Assembly (NCBI GenBank): GCA_044360365.1
Contig: JBIKKL010000001.1
Span: forward strand, 3,531-67,530
Source of the DNA: Burkholderiales bacterium
Lineage (GTDB): Bacteria > Pseudomonadota > Gammaproteobacteria > Burkholderiales > WYBJ01
Direction: 5' to 3'
DNA length: 64,000 nucleotides
Both the position numbers and the translations under genes were made by a program. Under the pieces are notes generated by a model. It was not told the origin of the DNA. It ran no database searches and worked only from the letters and a program-made list of their open reading frames with translations. Shown here in pieces: positions 29,827 to 39,012 of this stretch (positions within the stretch are counted from its first letter, which is position 1; each line of letters begins with the position of its first letter).

Positions 29827-31805
29827 CCACGATGCTCGAAGAACGCATAGCCGGATTCGCACGCTGGCGCACCGCCATGGTGTCCGGCATCGAAACCTAC
29901 AAGCAGTGGCTCGACTCGAACGGGATCGCGGACATCCAGCAGTCCCTGCGCATCTACGACCTCATCGAGAGCCTGAAGCACGAGCGGATGACGCTCGCCC
30001 TGCTGGCCGAATACTCTCGCGGCAAGACCGAACTGATCAACGCGCTCCTGTTCGGACAATACAAGCGCCGCATCCTGCCCTCCGACGTCGGCCGCACCAC
30101 GATGTCGCCGACGGAAATCTTCCACGATCCCAACGAGCCGGCGTGCATCCGGCTGCTTCCCATCGAGACGCGTCGTCGCAGCGAAACCATCGCGGCGCTG
30201 AGGACGCGTCCGGTCGAGTGGATCAAGATCACCTTCGATCCGAACTCGGAAGACGATCTGTGCGAAGCGCTGCGCTCGCTCGTCCAGACGAAGCAGGTGC
30301 CGAAGGAGGAAGCGATTGCACTCGGCCTCTACGACGACGAGGCCATGCAGGCGGCCGGCGCAGACGCAGGCATGGTGCAGATTCCTGCGTGGCGTCACGC
30401 CCTGATCAACTACCCGCATCCGCTGCTTACGAGCGGGCTCGTCATTCTGGATACGCCGGGCCTCAACGCCCTCGGCAGCGAACCCGAATTGACGATGAGC
30501 ATGATCCCGAGTGCGCATGCGGTGCTGTTCCTGCTCGCCATGGACACCGGGGTGACCCGTTCGGATCTGGAGGTGTGGCGAAAGCACGTGCAGCCCCGGG
30601 TTTCTCGCCGCCTGGCAGTGCTCAACAAGATCGACCTGCTTTGGGACGACATCAAGACCGACGACGAGATCCGTGCAAGCGTCGATCGGCAGCTCGAAGA
30701 AACCGCCCGACTCCTCGAAATCCCCAAGGCGGCCGTGCTGCCCATCTCTGCCAAGCGTGCACTGGTGGCCCGCATTCGGGGCGACGCCGACATGCTGAAA
30801 AAAAGCGGGATCGTCGACCTCGAGCGCCTGCTCGCCGACGAGATCGTTCCGGCGAAGCAGGAAATCATGCGCGCCACGGTTCAGCGCGAGATCGGCGCCA
30901 TGGTAGAGGCCTCGCGACAGTCGATCGTCGCCCAGTTCAACGCAGCTCGCGCCGAGCACAAGTCCCTCGGCGAGCTGGTGGGCAAGAACCGCGATGTCGC
31001 GCAAGCCATGCTCGCGCAGCTGGAAACGGACCGCAAACACTACCTCGAAGCCGTCGACCGCTACCGCGACACCCACGAAGTGCTGTCACGGCAGGCGACT
31101 TCGTTGCTGAAGTCGCTCTCGACGCAGGCGCTGGACGAACTCGTCAACCGCGACCGCAAGTACATCGAAGGGGCCTGGTCCACTGCCGGTCTCTTCAAGA
31201 GCATGCAGGGACTCTTCAACCACTTCACGACGCAATCGAACCGGATCATCCGCTTCGTCGACGATATCCTGAGCCTGGTCGAAGAGAAGCTCGTACCGCC
31301 CCCGCTCAACATGGAGAAGCATGGCCTCGCGATGCACCGCCTGCAGCAGACGGCGGTCGAGTTCTGCCATCACCCCAAGCAGATCCTCACCGAGAAGCAC
31401 TTTCTCGTGCCGAATTTCTACAACAACCTCGTCGGCGAAGCGCGCCGCATCTTCGAGATGACGCGCCTCGACATCGAAGGTTGGCTGCGCGCCTCGCTCG
31501 GCCCGCTCAATGCCGCCATCAAGGCGCACGAAACCCAGCTCAACAAGCGCGTCGAGAATCTGCGCAGCCTGCAGAACAATCTCCACTCCGTCGGCGACCG
31601 CAGCAGGCAGCTCGAACAGGAGTTGCAGGCATTGCGTGCCCAGCACGAGGTGCTGGTCGGCATCCGCACGAACCTGAGCGGCGAAGCGCCGCCTGCCCAT
31701 CGCGCCACCGAAGCGCCGGCCGCTGCCTCGCCTCAGCTTGCGTCAGCCAACGAGTCTCGAGCAGGCGGGGAAGAAGCGCCCGCGCAACCTCAGCAAGCTG
31801 CATAG
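29823..31805 (+). CDS. Bacterial dynamin-like GTPase (dynamin family protein)
   Basis: G1 AEYSRGKT, G3 DTPGLNALG, and G4 VLNKID. A long helical C-terminal region and a low-complexity Ala/Pro tail follow. The ATG overlaps the yggU stop (ATGA). Confidence 0.8.
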   Translation: MTTMLEERIAGFARWRTAMVSGIETYKQWLDSNGIADIQQSLRIYDLIESLKHERMTLALLAEYSRGKTELINALLFGQYKRRILPSDVGRTTMSPTEIFHDPNEPACIRLLPIETRRRSETIAALRTRPVEWIKITFDPNSEDDLCEALRSLVQTKQVPKEEAIALGLYDDEAMQAAGADAGMVQIPAWRHALINYPHPLLTSGLVILDTPGLNALGSEPELTMSMIPSAHAVLFLLAMDTGVTRSDLEVWRKHVQPRVSRRLAVLNKIDLLWDDIKTDDEIRASVDRQLEETARLLEIPKAAVLPISAKRALVARIRGDADMLKKSGIVDLERLLADEIVPAKQEIMRATVQREIGAMVEASRQSIVAQFNAARAEHKSLGELVGKNRDVAQAMLAQLETDRKHYLEAVDRYRDTHEVLSRQATSLLKSLSTQALDELVNRDRKYIEGAWSTAGLFKSMQGLFNHFTTQSNRIIRFVDDILSLVEEKLVPPPLNMEKHGLAMHRLQQTAVEFCHHPKQILTEKHFLVPNFYNNLVGEARRIFEMTRLDIEGWLRASLGPLNAAIKAHETQLNKRVENLRSLQNNLHSVGDRSRQLEQELQALRAQHEVLVGIRTNLSGEAPPAHRATEAPAAASPQLASANESRAGGEEAPAQPQQAA

Positions 31806-31883
31806 CGCGGCGCGCTCCGCGCAGACGCGACGACTCCGGCGTCCGCGGCATCCCCACGCGTCGATCGCTCGTCCGGGCGCTGT

Positions 31884-31912
31884 TTGCGGCCCCGCCCACC
31901 TGCCGTTAGAAT
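31884..31912 (+). promoter_or_regulatory. Candidate sigma70 promoter TTGCGG-N17-TAGAAT
   Basis: Read directly. It would give a leader of about 175 nt ahead of the aldehyde dehydrogenase gene. Confidence 0.35.
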
Positions 31913-31922
31913 CGCGCGGCTC

Positions 31923-31957
31923 GCGAGTGCCTCGTGCCGACGCCGACAGGCACTCGC
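31923..31957 (+). other. Perfect 10-bp stem hairpin (GCGAGTGCCT / AGGCACTCGC, 15-nt loop) at the predicted 5' end of the ALDH leader
   Basis: Seen directly in the sequence. Confidence 0.5.
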
Positions 31958-32093
31958 TGGCGCCCCGTCTTGCAATACGATCTACCAACCTCGCGCCGTC
32001 GTCCGCAACAACACCAACGATACGAACGGCCGCGTGTCCTGGTTCGGTTCCCACTTTCGACATGCCATCCTCCTCTTCTCGACGTAGATTGCC

Positions 32094-33728
32094 GTGAGAC
32101 GACACCATCGCCAGAAGCGTCGGCCGGAGCCGTCATCGCCGTCGTCATCTACTACGTCGGACGAGACGTTCCGGCTCACGTACGCAACGCTGGCCGATCC
32201 GCCGCCCGAGGTGCACGCGCGCCTGGACGCCGCGATCACCGATATCCGCAGCAACCTCGGCGCGGAACATGCGATGCTGATCGCCGGCCAGGACGCCCGC
32301 GCCGACGGCCAGTTCGAATCCCGCAGCCCCATCGACACGGATCTGCTGATCGGACGCTTTCAGGACGGCACCGCGGACGACGTCGATGCCGCAGTTCGGG
32401 CCGCCCAGACGGCGGGGCCTGCATGGGCCAGAACGCCATGGCCCCGCCGCGTCGATATCCTGATGCGCGCAGCCGGCATCCTTGAGGCGAGTGCGTTTCA
32501 CCTCGCTGCTGTGGCGATTCTCGAAATCGGCAAATCGCGTATCGACGCGTTGACCGAGATTCAGCAGACCGCCGATCTGATCCGCTGGTACTGTCGCGAG
32601 ATGCAGGATCACCACGGCTACGTGCGGGATCTGCCCAAGGACCCGATCAACGGCTTCGTCAGTCGCAATCGCTCGATCCTCAAACCCTACGGTGTCTGGG
32701 CCGTGATCGCGCCCTTCAATCAGCCCTTTCTGGCAGGCGGAGGTCCGGTCGCCGCCGCCCTGGTCGCCGGCAACAGCGTCGTGTACAAATCGGCGACCGC
32801 GAGCTCCTGGTGCGGCTGGCTGCTGGCGCAATGTCTGCGCGAAGCGGGCGTGCCTCCCGGCGTATTCAATTTCGTGACGGGCAGCGGCGAACGTCTCGGC
32901 GATCCCTTGATGCGTCATCCCGGCATCGCGGGCATCACGTTCGGCGGCACCCATGACGTGGGAATGAAGATCGTCCGGGCATTCGCGGCGCACAAGTATC
33001 CGCGGCCCTGCATCGCTGAAATGGGCGGCAAGAATGCCGTCATCGTCAGCCGCAATGCCGATGTCGATCGCGCCGCACTCGGTATCGTTCGTTCAGCCTA
33101 TGCGCTTCAGGGCCAGCACTGCGGAGCATGCTCGCGAGTGTTGGTGGAGCGCGTGCTCACCGATCAGCTGGTCGACAGAATGCTCGCCCACGTGCGCGAC
33201 CTGAAGCTCGGCAACCCTGCCGAGCGCGGCATATCGATGGGGCCGGTCATCAACCGTTCGGCCTACGAGCGATATCTGCGCCTCAGCTCGGAACTCGCCA
33301 TCGAAGGACAACTGCTGCACGGTGGTCGCACCCTCAATGAGGGCGATCTGCTGCGCGGCTATTTTTGCGAGCCGACAATCGCGCAACTGGGCACCGGGCA
33401 TCCGCTCTGGCGCGATGAACTGATGCTGCCCATCCTGCTCATCTCGCCGATCGGCAGCCTGGAAGAAGCCCTGGAGGTCGCCAACGCAGTCGACTACGGG
33501 CTCACCGCCGGCTTCTACGGCACCCGGGAAGAGGCCGAGTGGTTTCTCGAATACATCCATGCAGGCACGGCGTATTGCAATCGCCCGCAAGGCGCAACCA
33601 CGGGGACATGGCCGGGCTACCAGGCCTTCGGCGGATGGAAAGCTTCCGGCTCGACCGGCAAGGGCAGCGGATCCGCCTACTATCTTCAGCAGTACATGCG
33701 CGAGCAGTCGCAGACACTCGTCGACTGA
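32094..33728 (+). CDS. Aldehyde dehydrogenase family protein (glutamate-semialdehyde/P5C-dehydrogenase-like)
   Basis: The conserved N-terminus is FRLTYATLADPP.EVH. Catalytic Glu lies in AEMGGKNAVIV and catalytic Cys in QGQHCGACSRVLV. The only in-frame start is the GTG at 32094, which gives a 24-aa basic/Ser-rich extension and has no SD. Confidence 0.88.
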   Translation: MRRHHRQKRRPEPSSPSSSTTSDETFRLTYATLADPPPEVHARLDAAITDIRSNLGAEHAMLIAGQDARADGQFESRSPIDTDLLIGRFQDGTADDVDAAVRAAQTAGPAWARTPWPRRVDILMRAAGILEASAFHLAAVAILEIGKSRIDALTEIQQTADLIRWYCREMQDHHGYVRDLPKDPINGFVSRNRSILKPYGVWAVIAPFNQPFLAGGGPVAAALVAGNSVVYKSATASSWCGWLLAQCLREAGVPPGVFNFVTGSGERLGDPLMRHPGIAGITFGGTHDVGMKIVRAFAAHKYPRPCIAEMGGKNAVIVSRNADVDRAALGIVRSAYALQGQHCGACSRVLVERVLTDQLVDRMLAHVRDLKLGNPAERGISMGPVINRSAYERYLRLSSELAIEGQLLHGGRTLNEGDLLRGYFCEPTIAQLGTGHPLWRDELMLPILLISPIGSLEEALEVANAVDYGLTAGFYGTREEAEWFLEYIHAGTAYCNRPQGATTGTWPGYQAFGGWKASGSTGKGSGSAYYLQQYMREQSQTLVD

Positions 33729-33739
33729 TCGACCGATCC

Positions 33740-33880
33740 ATGAACGACGAGCGAACGGCCTTGCCCGGAGAAGCATTCGACGACGTCCTGACCAAACCGA
33801 TCGTTCGCCGGACGATGCAGGCGATGCTCGATCGGATGGGTTTCGCCCGCGCCGACTCGGAGTCAGTACGCCGAGCTTGA
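33740..33880 (+). pseudogene. Possible remnant of a response-regulator receiver domain C-terminus (46 codons)
   Basis: GEAFDDVLTKPIVRRTMQAMLDRM resembles the receiver motif G(A/F)DDYLTKP(I/F)....L. Nothing upstream completes a domain. Confidence 0.25.
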
Positions 33881-33906
33881 GTGACCCGCTGAGCGGCCGG
33901 TGGCCG

Positions 33907-35358
33907 CTACATCAGGATCACGTCGTACTGCTCCTGCGAGTACTGACTTTCCACCTGCAGGGAGATCGGCTTGCGGATGAACTCTTCGAGCATCGCCAGA
34001 TGCTGGGATTCGTCGTCCAGGAACCGGTCGATCACCGCCTGTGACGCGAGGATCCGAAACTCGCGCGCATTGAACTGGCGGGACTCGCGCATGATGTCGC
34101 GCAGGATCTGATAGCACACGGTCTGCGCCGTCTTGAGTTCTCCCCGCCCCTGGCACACCGCACACGGCTCGCACAGTACATGGGCCAGACTCTCGCGCGT
34201 GCGCTTTCGCGTCATCTCGACGAGCCCGAGCTGCGTAAAGCCGTTGACTGTCATGCGCACCCGATCGCGCGCCAGCGCCTTGCGCAGTTCGCCAAGAACG
34301 GCATTGCGATGCTCCTCGCTTTCCATGTCGATGAAGTCGAGGATGATGATCCCGCCGAGGTTGCGCAGCCTAAGCTGTCTTGCGATGACCTGGGCAGCTT
34401 CCAGGTTCGTCTTGAAAATGGTGTCGTCGAAACTGCGGCCGCCGACGAAGGCGCCCGTGTTGACGTCGATGGTGGTCAGCGCCTCGGTCTGGTCGATGAT
34501 GAGATAGCCGCCCGACTTGAGTTCGACGCGCCGGGCAAGTGCACGCTCGATTTCATCTTCGACGCTGTAGAGATCGAACAACGGCCGCTCGCCCATGTAG
34601 TGCTGTACGCGCGCTGCGACGTTCGGTATGTAGTCTTGCGCGAATCCGAGCACCTTGCGATAGGTCTCGCGCGAGTCGATCAGCACGCGCCCAGTGTCAT
34701 CATGGACCATGTCGCGCAGGACGCGCAGGCTGAGATTGAGATCCTGATAAAGCAGGCAGGGCGCAGATGCCGTCTTCGCCTTCGCTTCGATGCCGGCCCA
34801 GACCTTGCGCAGGTAGTCCACATCGAAGCCCAACTCCCGCTCCGATGCGCTCTCGGCCACGGTGCGTACGATGAAGCCGCCGCTCTGGCCTTCGGGGAGC
34901 AGATGGGCGAGCTTTTCGCGCAGCACCGCGCGCTCGGTTTCATCGCCGATGCGCTGGGAGATGCCGATATGCGATTCCTGCGGCAAGTAGACGACCAGCC
35001 GCCCGGCCACGCTGATCTGCGTCGACAACCGCGCGCCCTTGGTGCCGATGGGATCCTTCACCACCTGCACCATGATGCTCTGGCCCTCGCTCAGCATGCG
35101 CTCGATGGGGCGAATGCCATCGTGATTGCGTGCCTCCCAGATATCGGCCACGTGCAGGAAGGCCGCGCGCTCGCAACCGATGTCGATGAATGCGGACTGC
35201 ATGCCGGGCAGCACGCGAGCAACCCGACCCATGTACACGTTGCCCACGAGACCGAGTGCCGACGATCGCTCGACGTGCAGCTCCTGCACGACCGCCTGCT
35301 GCATGATGGCCACCCGGGTCTCCTGCGGGGTGATGTTGACGAGAATGTCCTCGCTCAC
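33907..35358 (-). CDS. rng: Ribonuclease G
   Basis: The S1-like N-terminus is VGNVYMGRVARVLPGMQSAFIDIG, with the RNase E/G catalytic core (DFIDM, TIDVNTG). The GTG start overlaps the maf stop. Confidence 0.92.
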   Translation of the reverse strand: MSEDILVNITPQETRVAIMQQAVVQELHVERSSALGLVGNVYMGRVARVLPGMQSAFIDIGCERAAFLHVADIWEARNHDGIRPIERMLSEGQSIMVQVVKDPIGTKGARLSTQISVAGRLVVYLPQESHIGISQRIGDETERAVLREKLAHLLPEGQSGGFIVRTVAESASERELGFDVDYLRKVWAGIEAKAKTASAPCLLYQDLNLSLRVLRDMVHDDTGRVLIDSRETYRKVLGFAQDYIPNVAARVQHYMGERPLFDLYSVEDEIERALARRVELKSGGYLIIDQTEALTTIDVNTGAFVGGRSFDDTIFKTNLEAAQVIARQLRLRNLGGIIILDFIDMESEEHRNAVLGELRKALARDRVRMTVNGFTQLGLVEMTRKRTRESLAHVLCEPCAVCQGRGELKTAQTVCYQILRDIMRESRQFNAREFRILASQAVIDRFLDDESQHLAMLEEFIRKPISLQVESQYSQEQYDVILM

Positions 35359-35972
35359 AGGGCCACCCCGAAGGCATCGAGCAATTCGACCGTCTCGTAC
35401 AACGGGAGCCCCATGACCCCGGTGTAGCTGCCTGAGAGTTGACGCACGAACGCACCTGCACGCCCTTGAATGCCATAGGCGCCGGCCTTGTCGAGCGGTT
35501 CGCCGGTCGCGACGTACTGACGCAGTCGGGCGCTGGAGATCGGAGCGAACTCGACGGTCGTCACGGACAAGCGGGTTTCCAGGCGCTCGTGCCGCATGAC
35601 CGCAATGGCCGTCAACACCTCATGACTGCGGCCCGAGAGATCGGTCAGCATCGAGAGCGCCTCGACATGATCGGCTGGTTTGCCGAGGATGCGCCCGTCG
35701 AGCACCACGGTGGTATCGGCGCAGAGCACCGGATAGTCGGGCAAGCGGCGCTGCTGCAGACGCAGTCCCGCGGCCGCGGCCTTGATGCGTGCCATGCGCA
35801 GCACGTAGTCGCGGGGATCCTCGCCGGGCTGCGGGGTTTCGTCGACGTCCACGCCGCGCCGCACGTCCTCGCGGTACAGCAGCACCTCGAAGGGAATGTT
35901 GGCCTGCTTGAGCAGTTCGCGCCGTCGCGGGCTGCGCGACGCGAGATAGATGCGTCTCAAGGTTGCGTTCAT
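35355..35972 (-). CDS. maf: Maf-family nucleoside triphosphate pyrophosphatase
   Basis: IYLASRSPRRRELL, and AGAYGIQG near the C-terminus. Confidence 0.9.
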   Translation of the reverse strand: MNATLRRIYLASRSPRRRELLKQANIPFEVLLYREDVRRGVDVDETPQPGEDPRDYVLRMARIKAAAAGLRLQQRRLPDYPVLCADTTVVLDGRILGKPADHVEALSMLTDLSGRSHEVLTAIAVMRHERLETRLSVTTVEFAPISSARLRQYVATGEPLDKAGAYGIQGRAGAFVRQLSGSYTGVMGLPLYETVELLDAFGVAL

Positions 35973-36439
35973 GCGCGATGGTAGGGATGGCCGCTCAGTA
36001 TGGTATGGGCCCGATAGATCTGTTCGGCCAGCATCACGCGAGCCATGCCATGGGGCAGCGTCATCCTGGACAAGGATAGAAGCATGGCTGCGGACGACTT
36101 CAGTTCGGGCGCAAGACCGTCGGCACCGCCGATCAGGAAGGCGACATCGTCGCCGTCACCGCGCCAGCGATCGAACTCTACGGCAAACTGCTCGCTGCTC
36201 AAAGCGCGACCGCGCTCGTCGAGCGCCACGACACGACAACCGCGGGGAAGCACGGTCCGGATGCGCTGACATTCGAGCGCCATCGCACGTTCCACTGTGA
36301 CGGCGCCGGTACGCTTCTCGGCTCTCACCTCGACGAGATCCATCCGGAATTCGCGCGGCATGCGTGCCCGGTAATCCTCGAACGCATCGACGACCCATTG
36401 CGGCATGCGCGTTCCCACGGCCACCACCAGTGCACGCAT
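35969..36439 (-). CDS. rlmH: 23S rRNA (pseudouridine1915-N3)-methyltransferase
   Basis: FLIGGADGL...LSLSRMTLPH is the SPOUT knot. The 156-aa length from MRALVV fits. The stop overlaps the maf ATG. Confidence 0.92.
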   Translation of the reverse strand: MRALVVAVGTRMPQWVVDAFEDYRARMPREFRMDLVEVRAEKRTGAVTVERAMALECQRIRTVLPRGCRVVALDERGRALSSEQFAVEFDRWRGDGDDVAFLIGGADGLAPELKSSAAMLLSLSRMTLPHGMARVMLAEQIYRAHTILSGHPYHRA

Positions 36440-36512
36440 CGCTCCCCGCGCTTCGACCCGCAGTTCAAAAAGAAAGAACGGCAGCCACCGCAAGGCCGCC
36501 GCACACCGTTCA

Positions 36513-36887
36513 TCAGACCTCTGCCTGCGCCTCGTCGGCTGCCTTCGTGCGACTCTTGCGGGCCGGCCGCGCCGTCCACAATTCCTCGAGATTGTAGTGG
36601 GCGCGCACCGTCGGCAACATCACGTGGACGACCACCGTTCCAAGGTCGATCAACACCCACTCGCCGGTCTGCTGGCCTTCGACGCCACTGACCTTGGCGC
36701 CCTTCTCTCTCAGCTTGCTCTGCACATTGTCCGCCATGGCTTTCACCTGGCGGGTGGAGTCCCCCGTCGCGATGATCACGCGATCGAAGAGCGCAGTAAG
36801 TTTGACCACGTTCAGCACGACGATGTCGCGCCCCTTGATGTCTTCCAGCGCTTCGACGGCGCCCTTGACGATTCGATCGACTCTCAT
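36513..36887 (-). CDS. rsfS: Ribosome silencing factor
   Basis: ALEDIKGRDIVVLNV...FDRVIIATG.S.RQ...A..V and EWVLIDLG.VVVHVM are RsfS/iojap motifs. Confidence 0.9.
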   Translation of the reverse strand: MRVDRIVKGAVEALEDIKGRDIVVLNVVKLTALFDRVIIATGDSTRQVKAMADNVQSKLREKGAKVSGVEGQQTGEWVLIDLGTVVVHVMLPTVRAHYNLEELWTARPARKSRTKAADEAQAEV

Positions 36888-37549
36888 TGATGTCCGTAGA
36901 GGTGATGTGAAGCAATATAATCGACCACCGCATCCGGCAGCAAATACCGAACGCTTGCGCGTCGCGACAATCGGTCCCGCACGTCGGTGGCAGAGATCTC
37001 CAGCAGCGGAATGTCGAGCCGGGCGATGCGCCCCGCGGATTCCCCGCCGAGCAGCGCGGCTTCAACCCGGCGCCGGCGCCATTCGTCGACGAGTGCCGGC
37101 ACCTCGGCAGTCCTGGCGTCCAGGTCGTAGCCCGGCCGCGTCGCCACCAGGACATGCGCAAGCTCGAAAAGATGCAGCCAGCGGTGCCAACGCGGCAGCC
37201 GCAGGAACGCGTCGGCGCCCAGGATGATCGTCAATGCAGTCTGCGTACCCACCTCGGCGCGAAGTTCGAGCAGCGTATCGACGGTATAGCTCATGCCTTC
37301 GCGCTTCAACTCGCGATCGTCGACGCTCAGGCGCGGATTGCCGCGCACTGCGAGCCGCGTCATTTCGAGACGATGTGCTGCGGGCGTAGCGGGCACATCC
37401 CGAAGATTGGGCAGTGCGGCAGGGATCAGCAGGACGCGACCGAAGCCGCACACATCGGCCGCCTCTTCCGCAAGCCGCAGGTGCCCGTGATGCACGGGAT
37501 CGAAGGTACCGCCGAGCACGCCCAGCGACGATGCGGGCGCGTCGCTCAT
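36884..37549 (-). CDS. nadD: Nicotinate-nucleotide adenylyltransferase
   Basis: GVLGGTFDPVHHGHL (the HxGH motif) and ISATDVR (ISST-like). Confidence 0.92.
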   Translation of the reverse strand: MSDAPASSLGVLGGTFDPVHHGHLRLAEEAADVCGFGRVLLIPAALPNLRDVPATPAAHRLEMTRLAVRGNPRLSVDDRELKREGMSYTVDTLLELRAEVGTQTALTIILGADAFLRLPRWHRWLHLFELAHVLVATRPGYDLDARTAEVPALVDEWRRRRVEAALLGGESAGRIARLDIPLLEISATDVRDRLSRRASVRYLLPDAVVDYIASHHLYGHQ

Positions 37550-37577
37550 CGAGCGCGCGACTCGAATTGCCGTCGCG

Positions 37578-38915
37578 TCACAGCACCAGCCGGCGAATGT
37601 CGGACAACACGCCGTTCAGGTACGTGATGAACCGTGCCCCCTGGGCACCATCGATCACGCGGTGATCGTAAGACAGCGACAACGGCAGCATCAGGCGCGG
37701 CTCGAACCGGCCCTCGACATGGACCGGACGCATCACGGACTTCGACACCCCGAGAATCGCCACTTCGGGCGCGTTGATGATGGGCGTGAACGACGTGCCC
37801 CCGATGCCGCCCAAACTGGATATCGAGAAGCTGCCGCCCTGCATGTCGGCCGGCGAGAGCTTCCTGTCGCGGGCCTTGGCACTGATCTGCGCCAGCTCCT
37901 TGGCAAGCTGCATCACACCCTTGGCATCCGCGTCGCGAATGACGGGCACGACCAGCCCGTCCGGCGTATCGACCGCCACGCCGATGTGGAAGTACTTTTT
38001 CAGCACCAGCGTCGTGCCATCGGCAGACAGCGAGGCGTTGAACTCGGGAAACGCCTTCAATGCCGCGACGACGGCCTTCATGATGAAGGCCAGCGGCGTC
38101 AAGCGCACATCCTGTTTGCGCGCCGCTTCGCCCTGCGCCCTGCGAAATGCTTCGAGTTCGGTGATGTCCGCTTCGTCATGCTGGGTGACGTGAGGGATCA
38201 TGACCCAATTGCGATGCAGATTCGCGCCCGAGAGTTTCCTGATTCGCGAAAGTGCCACGCTTTCGGTCTCGCCGAACTTGGCGAAGTCGACCTGCGGCCA
38301 CGGCAACAGGCCAAGCGCCGCGCCGCCGCCCGGGCCGCCTGCCGAAGCGACCTGCGGCGTGCCCATTGCCTGCTTCACATAGGCCTGGACGTCTTCCTTC
38401 AGGATGCGCGCCTTGGGACCACTGCCCTGAACGCGGCCCAGGTCGACCCCCAGCTCGCGTGCGAACCGTCGCACGGCCGGGCTCGCATGCGCCGACTCGA
38501 AGCCGGCCTCGTCGACCGGAGGCATCGAAGCCAGATGACGCTCGCCGGGGCCTGTGGTCGATGGCGCCTCGTCCGCCGGCGCCTTGGGCTCATCAGGGGT
38601 CGGGGCTGGCGTCGGAGTCGCGGCAGCCGGCGCTGGCGCACTGGCAGGCTGCGGCGCGCTGCTTTCGGCCCCACCGGCCGACTCGAGCAACAGCACCACG
38701 GTACCTTGCGATACCTTGTCCCCGACCTTCACCCTGAGCTCCTTGACGACGCCGCCGCTCGGCGCGGGGACTTCCATGGTCGCTTTCTCGGATTCGAGGG
38801 TCAGCAGCGGATCTTCGGCCTTGATCGTATCGCCCGGGCCCACCAGCACCTCGATCACGGGAATGTCATTGAAGTCCCCGAGGTCGGGCACCTTCACTTC
38901 GATGGTTTCGCTCAT
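37578..38915 (-). CDS. aceF: Pyruvate dehydrogenase E2, dihydrolipoyllysine acetyltransferase (single lipoyl domain)
   Basis: Lipoyl motif [11 protein letters not shown], an Ala/Pro linker, a PSBD ([16 protein letters not shown]), and the catalytic SYDHRVIDG. The start is at MSETIE. Confidence 0.93.
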   Translation of the reverse strand: MSETIEVKVPDLGDFNDIPVIEVLVGPGDTIKAEDPLLTLESEKATMEVPAPSGGVVKELRVKVGDKVSQGTVVLLLESAGGAESSAPQPASAPAPAAATPTPAPTPDEPKAPADEAPSTTGPGERHLASMPPVDEAGFESAHASPAVRRFARELGVDLGRVQGSGPKARILKEDVQAYVKQAMGTPQVASAGGPGGGAALGLLPWPQVDFAKFGETESVALSRIRKLSGANLHRNWVMIPHVTQHDEADITELEAFRRAQGEAARKQDVRLTPLAFIMKAVVAALKAFPEFNASLSADGTTLVLKKYFHIGVAVDTPDGLVVPVIRDADAKGVMQLAKELAQISAKARDRKLSPADMQGGSFSISSLGGIGGTSFTPIINAPEVAILGVSKSVMRPVHVEGRFEPRLMLPLSLSYDHRVIDGAQGARFITYLNGVLSDIRRLVL

Positions 38916-39012
38916 GTTGGCTCTGCTGTCCTGAGTGTCTCGATCCGTCGCTGCGACGTGCTTCGCGGGATTCGCCGGCAGGGGCCAGGCCCGCGCCGGC
39001 GAATCGATGAGG

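Noticed and set aside
29729-31909. A 726-aa alternative-frame ORF on the same strand as the dynamin-like gene.
   Set aside because: - The translation is extremely Arg/Pro/Ala-rich, with no motifs.
- The +1-shifted frame (29823..31805) carries the G1/G3/G4 GTPase motifs.
31743-32063. A minus-strand 106-codon ORF (MSKVGTEPGHAAVRIVGVV...) with a very strong SD (GAGGAGGA-N5-ATG) in the ALDH upstream region.
   Set aside because: - Third-position GC is only moderate.
- The product becomes Arg/Gly/Cys-rich low complexity.
- It would overlap the dynamin gene 3' end by about 60 nt.
- The SD-like string is equally explained as the complement of the pyrimidine tract in the ALDH leader.
- I keep it only as a remote possibility, testable by Ribo-seq.
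33892-33908. Short GC-rich hairpins at gene ends (for example 33892-33908 after rng, 2141-2159 after tctC, 27073-27088, and 58897-58917) as intrinsic terminators.
   Set aside because: - The stems are only 6-7 bp and are not followed by U-runs.
- They may contribute to RNA stability, but I cannot support calling them terminators.
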